From Eledone cirrhosa (Eukaryota), in the NCBI GenBank assembly GCA_964016885.1, contig OZ024743.1, positions 10,106,001 to 10,170,000 of the forward strand: a stretch of 64,000 nt of DNA. Reading direction: 5' to 3'. Position numbers and translations under genes: made by a program. The first letter of the stretch is position 1, and every line of letters starts with the position of its first letter. The notes beneath the pieces were generated by a model that worked only from the letters and a program-made list of their open reading frames with translations, ran no database searches and was not told the origin of the DNA. This document shows, in pieces, positions 63,780 to 64,000 of the stretch.

Positions 63780-64000
63780 AAAGAATAATGACAGCTCAAT
63801 CACAGGCTAACATAGGACTAAAAAAGAACAACAATTAGACTTATGTGGATTTGAGAGCATGGATAAAATTCAATACCAGTGACAGGATACAAACTATTGA
63901 CTCATCTGCTGATTACTTGGTTTCTATCAACTTATCAACTTATGTTATATATAATATTTAAATAGCATAGCTGTAGTTGTGTCTATGTGGCACTTGAAGT

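Overview
AT-rich, microsatellite-laden eukaryotic (metazoan) DNA, intergenic or intronic. No host protein-coding gene, rRNA, tRNA gene or CRISPR array can be supported. The SINE and RTE repertoire resembles octopus/cephalopod genomes (inference, not verified). The window is dominated by retroelements: (1) RTE-clade LINEs, including a 5'-truncated but uninterrupted ORF2 (58809-61271) with a PHD-like C4HC3 finger inside the RT region; (2) a cluster of R4/Dong-like LINEs with a restriction-like endonuclease in (TAA)n tracts (31.8-36.4 kb); (3) a CR1-like fragment; (4) at least three SINE families and some MITEs. A 48-bp minisatellite (~23 units, 7135-8258) is an expansion of an RTE/SINE 3'-UTR module. 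The most striking signal is a recurrent class of short non-coding fold-back elements embedded in (TA)n microsatellites. Several carry minimal type I hammerhead ribozymes: a 1.77-kb near-perfect palindrome (5192-6958), a 465-bp tandem-plus-inverted unit (8957-10015) and a 213-bp fold-back (13129-13341). Ribozyme-less relatives lie at 10.7, 18.6 and 20.5 kb. They resemble Penelope-like pseudo-LTR or retrozyme derivatives from several unrelated families that share one architecture.
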